Shown: in pieces, positions 46,135 through 56,781 of the stretch | Layout: each line of letters opens with the position of its first letter | How positions within the stretch are numbered: position 1 is the first letter of the stretch | NCBI GenBank assembly: GCA_036679605.1 | Contig: JAZDCZ010000040.1 | Location: forward strand, 16,545 to 80,544 | DNA from: Gemmatimonadota bacterium | GTDB lineage: Bacteria > Gemmatimonadota > Gemmatimonadetes > Gemmatimonadales > GWC2-71-9 | DNA: 64,000 nucleotides | Reading direction: 5' to 3' | Translations under genes and position numbers: made by a program | The notes under the pieces: model-generated | Told to the model about the DNA's origin: nothing | Databases searched by the model: none | What the model saw: only the letters and a program-made list of their open reading frames with translations

Positions 46135-47724
46135 TCAGCCGCCCTTCAACGCGACATCCACCTCGCGCCGTGCCTCTAGTTCGAGGTTGATCCGCTCGCC
46201 GATTTCTTTGGCGCGTTCCAGATGGAGAGTCAAGTCTTCCACCGAGCCATTGCCCGCCCGCAGCCGCATTAACGCCAGGCGCACGTTCTCGAGTGCCGCG
46301 ACTGTCATCGTGAGCCGATCTCCCGTGTCACCCTGTTCACGCAGCCGTTCCGCGTGACGCTCCAGACGGTGGACCAGGCGCGGCACGTCACTCACGCGGG
46401 TCCGGTCGGCTGCCTCCAGCGCGTTGTACAGGTCTACTGCGGCCCTGCCGAGCACGAATTCTGTGGCATCCGTCGAGGCGTGGGCCGGTACTGCCGGCGG
46501 TTTGATTCCGGTGCCTGCAACGCGGAAGAACCAGCGGCCGAACTTGCCTGCCCACATCCGGTGCCACAGGCTGTCGAGGCGACGCAACCAGCGGCGCTTC
46601 AAAATGACCTCGGCCTCCTCTTCTTGTACTTGCGCCTCCGCCAGTAGGGCTGCTCGGATATCGTTGAACGCGTACCCCTCTCGCAGCAGCCGACGGGCAA
46701 GGAGGACCAGTTGAAAGATGAGAATTGAACCGATGATGCCCGGGCCGCCAAATGAGATGGTCACATCAGTGCCCACAGTCGTGGTCTGCCCTGCGAGAGC
46801 GACGGCAAGCACTACCATGGTCGACACCTCAGCATTGCGCACGAAGCTCCGGATGAGAGGCGGTGCACGGAAGTCCCGCCCACGAGCCTCGCCCACGGCG
46901 CTGGCAACATCGTCCCCGGTCTGGATCCGATCGGCGGGGTCCTTCTTGAGGCACTGGTCTATCACCGACGCTAGTCGGGCGGGCACCTCGCGTCGGACTG
47001 TTTGCACCGCCGGCGCGGTCTCTGACACCTGCTTTACTAGGATCGCAGGCATATTCCTTCCCTCGAACGGTGCGCGACCGGAGAGCGCGTAGAAAAACGT
47101 CGCAGCGAGGGAGTAGAGATCGCTTCGGGCGTCCACCGTATCACCGCACGCCTGTTCGGGACTCATGTAACGGGCAGTGCCGACGATCTCACCCGTTGAG
47201 GCTTTCTCGCCCGCCCGTGCCACCTGGGCGATCCCGAAGTCCGTAACCAGGGCGCGATCGGTGCTCTGTTCGATCATGATGTTGTCAGGCTTCACGTCGC
47301 GGTGTACCACGTTGCGCGAGTGCGCATACCCGAGCGCCCAGGCGACTTCCTGCAATAGCTTCATTGCGTAGCGTGGCGAGAGCGAGCCGGCACGCTCCAC
47401 GCGTTCACGCAGCGTCTCGCCGTCGACGTACCCCATTACGAAGAAGACCAGATCGCCATGCTCTTCGACCGTGTGAATCGGTACGATGTTGGGGTGAGAT
47501 AGTCCTGCCGCGGTCCGTGCCTCGCGCAGGAACCGTTCACGGTGGGCGGCGTCGGCAGCCAAATCGGGCGGCAGCAATTTGATTGCCACGAGGCGATCGA
47601 GGGCCACGTCCCGAGCCAGCAGGACAATCCCCATGCCGCCTCGACCGAGTTCGCGCTCGATCGAGTAACGTCCCGCGAGGACCTCCTGAAGTGCGAGAAA
47701 CTCGCCGCTGATCATATCGGACAT
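46135..47724 (-). CDS. Ser/Thr kinase with C-terminal membrane and coiled-coil region
   Basis: LGRGGMGIV, VAIKLL, HRDVKPDN, DFG, GTARYMSPEQ. Confidence 0.92.
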   Translation of the reverse strand: MSDMISGEFLALQEVLAGRYSIERELGRGGMGIVLLARDVALDRLVAIKLLPPDLAADAAHRERFLREARTAAGLSHPNIVPIHTVEEHGDLVFFVMGYVDGETLRERVERAGSLSPRYAMKLLQEVAWALGYAHSRNVVHRDVKPDNIMIEQSTDRALVTDFGIAQVARAGEKASTGEIVGTARYMSPEQACGDTVDARSDLYSLAATFFYALSGRAPFEGRNMPAILVKQVSETAPAVQTVRREVPARLASVIDQCLKKDPADRIQTGDDVASAVGEARGRDFRAPPLIRSFVRNAEVSTMVVLAVALAGQTTTVGTDVTISFGGPGIIGSILIFQLVLLARRLLREGYAFNDIRAALLAEAQVQEEEAEVILKRRWLRRLDSLWHRMWAGKFGRWFFRVAGTGIKPPAVPAHASTDATEFVLGRAAVDLYNALEAADRTRVSDVPRLVHRLERHAERLREQGDTGDRLTMTVAALENVRLALMRLRAGNGSVEDLTLHLERAKEIGERINLELEARREVDVALKGG

Positions 47725-47840
47725 GGCCACTAAGGATACCACGAAGCGGAGTGAGCAGTGGTTTCAGGCCATGGCCTCCGAGGTGGCAAGACTGCGTACC
47801 ACGAGACATGTTTACTTTCTCTTTGTTCGATGAGGACACG

Positions 47841-50795
47841 ATGAGCGATCAGATTGAGCAGGTCCGGGCAGTTCTGGGAGACCGTTACTCGATCGAGCGG
47901 GAACTCGGCTCAGGCGGTATGGCGACGGTGTACCTGGCTGAGGACCGCAAGCACAAGCGCGCCGTCGCTATCAAGGTGCTCCATCAGACGCTCGCGCACA
48001 CCATCGGTATCGAGCGTTTCCTCCGCGAGATCGAAGTAATCGCTCGGCTGCAACATCCCCACATTCTGACCTTGATCGACTCCGGCGACATCGAGGGCTT
48101 GCCGTACTACGTGATGCCCTACGTGGAGGGTGAAAGTCTGGAGACGCACGTTGCAAGCAGATTACCCCTTTCGATTGAAGAGGCCGTTACCATCGTCCGG
48201 GAGATTGCGGACGGGCTCCACCATGCACATCAGCACGGTGTTATCCACCGGGACATCAAACCGGCGAACATCCTCATGAGCGGCGGCCACGCGATGATCT
48301 CGGACTTTGGGATCGCAACGGCGCTCGAGCATGCCACGATGGGCCGGATCACAGAGACAGGGATTTCGCTCGGGAGTCCGCTGTACATGAGCCCCGAGCA
48401 AGCTGCGGGCGAGCGTGAACTCGACGCCCGCACGGACATCTACAGCCTCGGGTGCGTGCTCTACGAGCTGTTGAGCGGTACGGCTCCAGTCGCCGAAGAG
48501 TCGATGCAGGCGGTAGTGACGAAGAAAATGCTCGGCGAGGTCACTCCCCTGAGCGAAGTGCGAAAGGATGTTCCAACGGGTGTGGAAGCAGCCGTTTCGA
48601 AAGCGCTGGCGACTCAAGCTGATGATCGATTCAAAGACGCACAGGCATTCGCCGACGCGCTGGCCGAAGGCATGGAGGCGGCAAGCGTGGGAGCACTCAC
48701 ACCAACCGCTGCGCGACGGCCGGTCATCGCTATGGCGGTCGCCCTGTTCGTGGTGGTGGCTTTGGCCGTGACGTTTATTCAGAGTCGAACACGTTCGGAG
48801 CGACGATTATGGGCGGCGCAACAGCTCAGCGAGATGGAACGGCTGGGCTCCAATGCACAATATGCGACAGCCTTTGCACTGTCCCTGGAGTTCGAGTCGA
48901 TTATCGCAGGCGACACGACTCTGGATCGCCTCAAATCGGAATTCACGGACTTTCTTCCTGTGCGCACCGACCCCCCCGGCGCAAACGTGTACGTCCAGCG
49001 CTATGACGCTCCGATCGACGAGTGGGAGTTTGTCGGCGTAACCCCCATCGACAGCCTGGCTGTGCCGAAGATGGGCAACGAGGTGCCCATGCGTTTCAAG
49101 ATCGAGGCAGATGGGTACAGGACGGTCGAGTTCCTCCCGCACGTGTTCGCGGACTGGGGCCCCCGAAACCTGTTGCCACTGGATCCGGTGCTTCTAGACC
49201 CGGATTCCGCGTTACCCCCGGGCATGGTGCGGATTCCCGGGTTCTCCATCCCTGACCCGTTGCACGACGACGGAGATTCGCTGCGCTTCAAAGACTACTT
49301 CATGGATCGTTTCGAGGTAACGAACCGCGAATACAAGGTGTTTGTGGACGCCGGAGGGTACCGGGACCCGGCGTATTGGACTGGGCCATTCGTAAAGGAT
49401 GGACGTGCACTCACATGGGAAAAGGCAGTCGAGCAGTTTACCGACCAGACAGGGCGTCCCGCACCGAGCACCTGGCGACTCGGCACGTACCTCGAAGGCG
49501 AGGGAGAGCTTCCGGTCGGCGGCGTGAGCTGGTACGAGGCGGTTGCTTATGCGCACTTCGTTGGAAAGGAATTGCCGAGCACGTGGCACTGGGGTTGGGC
49601 CGCTCGCCGGTTCAGCCGTGGGACGAACTGGATCGTGAATCCCAACAGCAATTTGGGTGGTCCGGGCCCCCGTCGGGTTGGAGAGGGTCGTGGTATGAAT
49701 GCGTATGGCTTGTACGACGTGACCGGCAACGTTCGGGAGTGGATGGTCAATCCGATCGAGGGCGGCAGGGTCACTCGTGGGGCGGCGTGGAGTGATCCCG
49801 AGTTCGAAGTTGGGTGGCAGATACCCAAACCGGAGTTTGACCGACACCCGACAAACGGGTTCCGGTTGATGCAACAATTCGAGGACGACACGACCTACTC
49901 CCACGTCAAGATCGAGCGATCAGGCAATACCAACCGCGACTATCGCGCGGCAGTGCCGGCGACAGATGCCGAGTATCGCATTTACCGGAGACTGTATGAC
50001 TACGAGCCGGTGCCACTGAACGCGAAGGTCGACACCGCCGGCTCGACAGAACACTACAACTGGGAAAAGGTCACGTTCGACCCGCCGTACGAGGGCCGGC
50101 GGGCCGGGGCGTATCTCTTCTTTCCCAAAGATCCCAAGCCGCCGCTTCAATCGATCATCTATTGGCCGGGCTCTGGGGCACTCAACATACCCACGGTCGA
50201 GCACGACTGGATCAATTCTTGGACCGGCTTCATACCACGTAGCGGTAGAGTCCTTGTGCTGCCGTTGTACAACGGAACGGCGGAGCGCGACGACGAGGAC
50301 TTCAGCATCAGGTGGGGAAATACGGGACGTCGGCAGAACACGAGCTATTACCGGGACTTCGCGATCCAGTGGATCAAGGACCTCGGTGTTACTATCGACT
50401 ACCTCGAGACCCGTGATGATCTCGACGCCGAGGCGATCGGCTTCTACGGCTTTAGTTGGGGCGGCCAGATCGCGCCGATCGCGCTGGCCGTGGAAGAACG
50501 GATCAGAGTTGCGGTGCTAGACGTGGGCGGTCTGTGGGTGTTCGGTCCGACGCCGTTGCCCGAGGTGGAGCCGCTCAACTTCCTGCCGCGCGTCACTACG
50601 CCACTGCTGATGGTAAACGGACGACACGACCAGGTATTCCCCTACGAAATCGCGCAGGTACCATTCTTTCGGCTTCTGGGAACGCCGCCGGAACACAAGG
50701 AGCACTACGCCGCTCCCGCGGCGCACCTCGTCCCGCGGGATGATATGATCCGGCGGGCCCTGGGCTGGTACGACAGGTATCTCGGCATACCGTAG
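47841..50795 (+). CDS. Ser/Thr kinase - TM - FGE-sulfatase(SUMF1)-like domain - alpha/beta hydrolase fusion
   Basis: HRDIKPAN/DFG kinase; MDRFEVTN.EY..FV, PVGGVSWYEA.AY, GLYDVTGNVREW, GFRL; GFSWGG...GRHD...AAH triad. Confidence 0.9.
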   Translation: MSDQIEQVRAVLGDRYSIERELGSGGMATVYLAEDRKHKRAVAIKVLHQTLAHTIGIERFLREIEVIARLQHPHILTLIDSGDIEGLPYYVMPYVEGESLETHVASRLPLSIEEAVTIVREIADGLHHAHQHGVIHRDIKPANILMSGGHAMISDFGIATALEHATMGRITETGISLGSPLYMSPEQAAGERELDARTDIYSLGCVLYELLSGTAPVAEESMQAVVTKKMLGEVTPLSEVRKDVPTGVEAAVSKALATQADDRFKDAQAFADALAEGMEAASVGALTPTAARRPVIAMAVALFVVVALAVTFIQSRTRSERRLWAAQQLSEMERLGSNAQYATAFALSLEFESIIAGDTTLDRLKSEFTDFLPVRTDPPGANVYVQRYDAPIDEWEFVGVTPIDSLAVPKMGNEVPMRFKIEADGYRTVEFLPHVFADWGPRNLLPLDPVLLDPDSALPPGMVRIPGFSIPDPLHDDGDSLRFKDYFMDRFEVTNREYKVFVDAGGYRDPAYWTGPFVKDGRALTWEKAVEQFTDQTGRPAPSTWRLGTYLEGEGELPVGGVSWYEAVAYAHFVGKELPSTWHWGWAARRFSRGTNWIVNPNSNLGGPGPRRVGEGRGMNAYGLYDVTGNVREWMVNPIEGGRVTRGAAWSDPEFEVGWQIPKPEFDRHPTNGFRLMQQFEDDTTYSHVKIERSGNTNRDYRAAVPATDAEYRIYRRLYDYEPVPLNAKVDTAGSTEHYNWEKVTFDPPYEGRRAGAYLFFPKDPKPPLQSIIYWPGSGALNIPTVEHDWINSWTGFIPRSGRVLVLPLYNGTAERDDEDFSIRWGNTGRRQNTSYYRDFAIQWIKDLGVTIDYLETRDDLDAEAIGFYGFSWGGQIAPIALAVEERIRVAVLDVGGLWVFGPTPLPEVEPLNFLPRVTTPLLMVNGRHDQVFPYEIAQVPFFRLLGTPPEHKEHYAAPAAHLVPRDDMIRRALGWYDRYLGIP

Positions 50796-50933
50796 TTCTG
50801 CGGCGACGCCACGCGATAACCGTTGAGCGGCGGCCTCATACGGACCTTGCACCGATGCGGTTCCGTGGGCTATTAGATATCTGACAATTGCCTCTCAATA
50901 ACCCGCCAAATCTCGCAGCCAGGAGTCGACAGC

Positions 50934-53900
50934 ATGTCGCGACCCGTCGGTAATCCATTCCCAGCAGCCGTTACGATCCTTGGAGTGTTCTCGTTTGTCT
51001 TCGTCGTTCCCGAAACGGCGCTCGCTCAACAGGTCAGCCCGGAACTCTACGAGCAGTTGAGCTTTCGGCATATCGGGCCGGTGGGGAACCGGGTCGCCTC
51101 TGTTGCGGGAGTCCCGGGCGATCAGTTGACCTACTATGCGGGTGCCGCCTCAGGCGGAATTTGGAAAACCGTAGACGGCGGCGAGTACTGGGAGCCCATT
51201 TTCGATGACCAGCCCGACCACGCGATCGGTGCACTGGCCGTTGCTCCCTCAGACCCGCAGATCGTCTGGGCCGGCACCGGCGAGCCACACATCCGCTCGA
51301 ATGTCTCGCTCGGCACGGGTGTCTACAAATCCACCGACGGTGGGAAAACGTGGCACCGCATGCCGTTGGAAGTAGCACCGACCCGTATGTCGCGTATCGT
51401 CATCCATCCGACGAATCCCGACGTCGTCTACGTCGCCGTTCTCGGCCACAGTCACGGCCCTCAGGCAGAGCGGGGAATCTACCGCACCACCGACGGCGGC
51501 GAATCATGGCAGCACGTGCTCTTTGTGGACGAGAACACGGGTGCGTCCAGCGTGGAAATGGATCCCAACAACCCCCGGATCCTCTTCGCCGGCATGTGGC
51601 ACGTCGAGGTCCACACCTGGGGCCGTGAGAGTGGCGGGCCCGGGAGCGGGATCTACATGTCGCGGGATGCGGGGGATACGTGGACGAAACTCGAAGGACA
51701 CGGACTACCAAAACTTCCGGTCGGCAAAGTGGACATCTGCATGACGCCGGCCAACTCGGATCGTGTCTATGCCCTGATCGAGACCGGTGACGGTGTGCCT
51801 TGGCACGGGCGGGAGACTGAGAGCGGCGAGTTATGGCGCTCGGACAACGGCGGGAGCGACTGGCAGCTCATGACTCACGACCGCAACCTCGGCGGACGCA
51901 CGGGCTATTACAACAACTGCGTGGTACTGCCCGACGATCCCGACGAGGCCTTCTTCTTGAGCGCCGCGTTTGTACACTCGATAGACGGTGGGCGAACCGG
52001 TACACCGCTCCGGGGGCGTCAGCGCCCTGGTGGCGATTATCATGACATGTGGATCGATCCGACGAACGGCGACCGCATGATCGTGGGGAACGACGGTGGC
52101 GTTGCAGTCTCGCTCAACCGGGGACTGACCTGGCACCGGGTGCAGCTACCTATCGGTCAGCTGTACCACGTGACGGTCGACAACGCGATTCCCTACCACG
52201 TGATGGGCAATCGGCAGGATGGTCCGTCGACCCGTGGTCCGAGCAACAGCCGCACGGGAGGGTTTGGTGGCGGCAACATCTCGCGGGGCATGTGGCACTC
52301 GGTGGGTGGTGGAGAGAGTGGGTTTGCGACCCCGGATCCGACCGATCCGAACATCATCTGGTCGAGTGCCTCGGGGTCGGGTGCTCGAGGCGGGATCGTG
52401 GTGCGCTACAACGAGCGCACGGGCCAGTTCCGGCAAGTCGAGGTCTGGCCGGAAAACACCGGCGGTTGGCCGGCGGCCGAGTTGAAGTACCGTTTTCAAT
52501 GGACCTTCCCCTTGTTGATCTCCCCGCACGACAACAACACGATTTTCGTTACGAGCCAGCACGTGCACCGAACGACCAACGGCGGGCAAAGCTGGGACGT
52601 CATCAGTCCCGATCTCACCACCAACGACAAGTCGAAACAGGGCATCTCCGGCGGACTCACGCCGGACAACATCGGTGTTGAGTACTGCTGCGTGATTTAT
52701 GCGTTTGACGAGTCACCGGTTGAGCGCGGCGTGTTGTGGGCCGGGTCCAACGACGGGTTGGTGCACGTGAGCCGCGACGGCGGTCAGAACTGGACCAACG
52801 TGACCGGCAACATGCCGGACCTGCCACCGCTGGGAGTAGTGCGGGGCATTGATGCATCCAAGTGGGATGCGGGAAAGGCTTACATCGCGATCGAGCATCA
52901 CCAGCAGGGCAATTTCGAGCCCCACGTCTACAAGACCAGCGACTACGGCGAGCACTGGACCAAGATCGTCGATGGCATAGCGGATAGTCCTCTGAGCTAC
53001 GCGCGCAGCATCCATGAAGATCCCGTGCGACCGGGGCTGTTGTACATGGGGACTGAGAACGCACTGTACGTCTCATTCGATGACGGCGAGAACTGGCAAT
53101 CGCTCATGACGAACTTGCCCGCGTCGCCGATGTACGGGCTCGTGGTGCAAGAGCATTTCAACGATCTGGTTGTTGGCACGTATGGTCGGGGTTTCTGGAT
53201 CTTGGACGACATCACACCGCTGCAGCAGCTTACATCGGCGGTGGCCTCGTCCGCCGCACATCTCTTTCAACCGCGCCAGGCCTATCGTTTCCACAATGTC
53301 ACGTCACCGATGTCCATGTCCAACGACCCGTCGGACGGCGAGAACCCATCTTACGGGGCATCGATCAACTACTGGTTGGCTGCGGCCAACGAAGACAGTG
53401 TCGCGATCACAATCTCAGACGCATCAGGCAAAACGATTCGGACTCTCGAAGGAGGCACGCAGGCCGGCATCAACCGTGTCCAGTGGAACCTGCGCACCGA
53501 TCCCTCAACGCAGATCAAACTGCGGACGAAACCGCGCTACGCCGACTGGGTTGACTTGGGAACCGAGCGGTGGCGGTCGGGTGGCGGTGGCATCTCGCTT
53601 CTAGTGCCACCGGGCACGTACACCGTTACGCTTGCTGTTGGTGGGCGCGAGTACCAGCAGCAACTCGAGGTTCTGAAGGATCCGAACTCCGAAGGGACCG
53701 AGACTGATATCGCCACACAGATTGAGCTAGTCAGGCAAATCCGTGACGATTACGTCGCTACTGCCGAGATGGTAAACCGAGTCGAGTGGATCCGGCGGCA
53801 GCTTTACGATCTCAAGCCGGTTTTGGAAGACAAGGGCGACGCCGACGAGATCATCCAGGCTGCCGAGGCGCTCGATGCCAAGCTCCTTGGCGTGGAGGAG

Positions 53901-54161
53901 AAGTTAGTTCGTCTGACGACGACCGGGACCGGTCAGGACGGTGTGCGGTATCCCACGATGCTGGCAGGTCGGCTCAGGTACCTGGCCGGCGCAGTGGCCA
54001 CTGCGGATTTCTTGCCCACCGATCAGCAGCGTGAGGTGCACGAGGTACTAAAGGATCGGCTGGCGCGTTATCGAGTGGCGTTAGATGCACTGTTCCAAAC
54101 GGACGTGCCGGCCTTCAACGCGAAACTCCGTGCCCGAAATTTGACGCCCGTGTTCGAATGA
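50934..54161 (+). CDS. Secreted VPS10/BNR-repeat beta-propeller protein (glycosyl hydrolase-like)
   Basis: Signal peptide; RHIGP..NR, repeated Asp boxes (S/T.DGG..W), WDVISPDLT, GTYGRGFWILDD. Confidence 0.9.
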   Translation: MSRPVGNPFPAAVTILGVFSFVFVVPETALAQQVSPELYEQLSFRHIGPVGNRVASVAGVPGDQLTYYAGAASGGIWKTVDGGEYWEPIFDDQPDHAIGALAVAPSDPQIVWAGTGEPHIRSNVSLGTGVYKSTDGGKTWHRMPLEVAPTRMSRIVIHPTNPDVVYVAVLGHSHGPQAERGIYRTTDGGESWQHVLFVDENTGASSVEMDPNNPRILFAGMWHVEVHTWGRESGGPGSGIYMSRDAGDTWTKLEGHGLPKLPVGKVDICMTPANSDRVYALIETGDGVPWHGRETESGELWRSDNGGSDWQLMTHDRNLGGRTGYYNNCVVLPDDPDEAFFLSAAFVHSIDGGRTGTPLRGRQRPGGDYHDMWIDPTNGDRMIVGNDGGVAVSLNRGLTWHRVQLPIGQLYHVTVDNAIPYHVMGNRQDGPSTRGPSNSRTGGFGGGNISRGMWHSVGGGESGFATPDPTDPNIIWSSASGSGARGGIVVRYNERTGQFRQVEVWPENTGGWPAAELKYRFQWTFPLLISPHDNNTIFVTSQHVHRTTNGGQSWDVISPDLTTNDKSKQGISGGLTPDNIGVEYCCVIYAFDESPVERGVLWAGSNDGLVHVSRDGGQNWTNVTGNMPDLPPLGVVRGIDASKWDAGKAYIAIEHHQQGNFEPHVYKTSDYGEHWTKIVDGIADSPLSYARSIHEDPVRPGLLYMGTENALYVSFDDGENWQSLMTNLPASPMYGLVVQEHFNDLVVGTYGRGFWILDDITPLQQLTSAVASSAAHLFQPRQAYRFHNVTSPMSMSNDPSDGENPSYGASINYWLAAANEDSVAITISDASGKTIRTLEGGTQAGINRVQWNLRTDPSTQIKLRTKPRYADWVDLGTERWRSGGGGISLLVPPGTYTVTLAVGGREYQQQLEVLKDPNSEGTETDIATQIELVRQIRDDYVATAEMVNRVEWIRRQLYDLKPVLEDKGDADEIIQAAEALDAKLLGVEEKLVRLTTTGTGQDGVRYPTMLAGRLRYLAGAVATADFLPTDQQREVHEVLKDRLARYRVALDALFQTDVPAFNAKLRARNLTPVFE

Positions 54162-54207
54162 CTCTAACCGGGCCCGCCCCGCTCAGACCTGAGCGGCGTC
54201 AGTTCGC

Positions 54208-54426
54208 TCAGGTAAGAGCGCCGGGGCCGCACCCAGCAGCAACGTCCGGCGATCCCGCTGCACCCCGAGAGCCGGTGAGAACATTCACCGCCGTGAATCT
54301 TCGAACCGCGTTCTCCGATCCGCACGTACAGCACTGAGGGGACAGCCCTTCACTATATGCAGAGATAGAAGCCCTAATCTCGAAGGGCTTATTGCAGTCT
54401 TGGCAGACGTAATCGTAGGTTGGCAT
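54208..54426 (-). CDS. FmdB-family zinc-ribbon protein
   Basis: MPTYDYVCQDC...FE...CCTCGS. Confidence 0.85.
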   Translation of the reverse strand: MPTYDYVCQDCNKPFEIRASISAYSEGLSPQCCTCGSENAVRRFTAVNVLTGSRGAAGSPDVAAGCGPGALT

Positions 54427-54520
54427 GTTGAGAGCAATCTACATTCGGTAATGGAGACTGTGCAATCGTCCTCTCAGGTTGGAGTGCCCCCGGCCGGTCT
54501 TCAAGCGCTACATTCTTAGA

Positions 54521-56773
54521 ATGATCACAGCCGGTTCGCGGGACACCAGGGCCGCGGTTGTTGCCGCAACAGCAACCGCGACCGTCATGATCGCCTACCA
54601 AATGGCGGCCAAGGCGACTCGCGACGCGCTGTTCCTCTCGAGCTTCGATGTGTCGGCGCTCCCCGCGATGATCATGGTATCTGCTTTTGTCTCAGTCGGT
54701 CTCGCGTTCCTGACCGCTCGTGCCATGACGACTGTGGGTCCTGCGCGGCTCATTCCCATGGTATTCGCTGGGAGCGCAATCCTCCTACTGATTGAGTGGG
54801 TGTTTCTTGGCTCGTTCCGCCGACCGATCGCAGTCATCGTCTACCTTCATTATGGCGGACTCGGGGCGTTACTCGTCTCAGGGTTTTGGTCGATAGTGAA
54901 CGAGCGGTTCGATCCGCGGACGGCCAAGAAACAGATCGGACGCATCGCAGCGGGTGCCACCATAGGCGGCCTGCTCGGCGGGGTTCTAGCCGAGCGTGTG
55001 GCAGTGCTGTTGACCGTGGCTGCGATGTTTCCCATCCTCGCTGCGCTCCATTTGGTTTGCGCATGGTTGGTGCTGGGTTTGCGGCCGAAGCAACGTGCGG
55101 CGGTGGAACGTCCCGAATCGGGCGAGGACGGGGCAGGGGAGACCGGGTCGCGCTCGGGACTCCGGATCATTGCCGAAACGCCATACCTCCGCAGACTGGT
55201 TGCTCTCGTGTTGTTTGCCACGGTGAGTGAGATGCTCATCGACTACGTGTTCAAGGCCCGCGCATCGGAAACGTTCGGCAGCGGAGAAGATCTGCTGAGG
55301 CTGTTCGGTGTGTTCTATACCGGAGTCGCGCTCCTTACGGTCGTAGTCCAAGCCACGGCTATCAGGTTCACGCTGCAGCGGCTAGGACCGGGTCGCACCA
55401 CGGCAGTGCTCCCGGCAGTGTTGGCACTTGGGAGCGCCGGTGCGTTGGTGGCGCCCGGCTTGGTGAGTGCGATGATCGCGCGTGGATCCGAGGCCGTGAT
55501 GCGCAATTCGCTTTATCGTCCGGGCTACGAACTCCTGTTCGCTCCGCTTGCCAGGAAGCACAAGCGCGCCACGAAGACGTTGGTGGATGTCGGAGTAGTG
55601 CGCCTAGGCGATGTTGCGGGCGGCGCATTGGTTCAAGCGATCTTGCTAATTGGTGCGACCAGCGCGCTCTCGATGCTTCTGGGATTCGCGGTCGCGCTTT
55701 CCGTCGCGGGAGTCTTTGTTGCGGTGGGTCTGCATCGGGGGTACGCACGCACACTTGAGGAGAGTCTCCTGCGCCGTGGCTCGCAACTGGACCTGGATGA
55801 CATAGATGCGGTGACTGGAACCGCGATGCTCCATACGATAGGGACGCTGAATCTTGAGCCGTTTCGCGGGCGCGATGGTGTGGCGGACGACGCAGCTGTT
55901 GGAAGTGAAAACACTTCAGCCAAGCCGGTAGGTGTGCAGCAACCGGAGACAATACTCGATCCTGGAGTTCAACGCATCATCGATCTGAAATCCCGTGATG
56001 TGGACCGTGTGCGACGAGCGCTAGCGAAGGGACGGCTCACTCCTGAACTGGTATCCCACACCGTGCTGCTACTCGCCTGGGACCAGCTGGTAACAGAAGT
56101 GATCAAAGCGCTCCGCACCGTTGCAGAAACTGAGACCGGTCAATTGGTGGACCGGCTTCTCGATCGCGACGAGGAATTCGTGGTTCGGCGCCGGATCCCG
56201 CTCGTGCTGGCGGCGTCGCCGACCCAGCGCGCCGTCGATGGGCTTTTCCAGGGTCTCGAGGATCTTCGATTCGAGGTACGCTACCGCTGTGGTAGGGCGC
56301 TCTCCTCGTTGCTAGATCTAAATGCGAAGCTCGTAGTCGATCGCGAGCGGGCCGTCGGTGTGGTGCTTCGGGAAGTGGCGGTTGAGCGAGGAGTGTGGCA
56401 GAGTCACCGGCTGCTCGACCAGATGGAGGATGAAGACTACTCGCCCATCGTCGACGAGGTTTTGAGAGACCGAGCCAATCGAAGTCTAGAGCATGTCTTC
56501 ACGGTGCTGTCACTCTTCTTGCCGCGCGAACCCCTGAAAGTCGCTTTCCGCGGGTTGCATACCGACGACGCCTATCTGCGCGGAACCGCGTTGGAATATC
56601 TGGAGACCGCGCTTCCCACCCGTATAAAGGAGCAGCTCTGGCCGGCCCTGGAAGACGACCGCAAGAATGTGAAGCCCACGAGGCCGTCGGATCAGATCTT
56701 GAGCGAACTCCTCGAATCGAACGAGTCAATCATAATCAGCCTCAAGGAGTTGCGTCGGAAGTCTCAAGGTTGA
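54521..56773 (+). CDS. Npt1/Npt2 (TLC)-like MFS transporter with C-terminal HEAT-like repeats
   Basis: KATRDALFLS.F....LP, FWSIVNERFDPRTAK, LIDYVFK, ELLFAPL....KRATK..VD; helical tail with LEDLRFEVRYRCGRAL, RGTALEYLE. Confidence 0.8.
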   Translation: MITAGSRDTRAAVVAATATATVMIAYQMAAKATRDALFLSSFDVSALPAMIMVSAFVSVGLAFLTARAMTTVGPARLIPMVFAGSAILLLIEWVFLGSFRRPIAVIVYLHYGGLGALLVSGFWSIVNERFDPRTAKKQIGRIAAGATIGGLLGGVLAERVAVLLTVAAMFPILAALHLVCAWLVLGLRPKQRAAVERPESGEDGAGETGSRSGLRIIAETPYLRRLVALVLFATVSEMLIDYVFKARASETFGSGEDLLRLFGVFYTGVALLTVVVQATAIRFTLQRLGPGRTTAVLPAVLALGSAGALVAPGLVSAMIARGSEAVMRNSLYRPGYELLFAPLARKHKRATKTLVDVGVVRLGDVAGGALVQAILLIGATSALSMLLGFAVALSVAGVFVAVGLHRGYARTLEESLLRRGSQLDLDDIDAVTGTAMLHTIGTLNLEPFRGRDGVADDAAVGSENTSAKPVGVQQPETILDPGVQRIIDLKSRDVDRVRRALAKGRLTPELVSHTVLLLAWDQLVTEVIKALRTVAETETGQLVDRLLDRDEEFVVRRRIPLVLAASPTQRAVDGLFQGLEDLRFEVRYRCGRALSSLLDLNAKLVVDRERAVGVVLREVAVERGVWQSHRLLDQMEDEDYSPIVDEVLRDRANRSLEHVFTVLSLFLPREPLKVAFRGLHTDDAYLRGTALEYLETALPTRIKEQLWPALEDDRKNVKPTRPSDQILSELLESNESIIISLKELRRKSQG

Positions 56774-56781
56774 CGGTTGTC

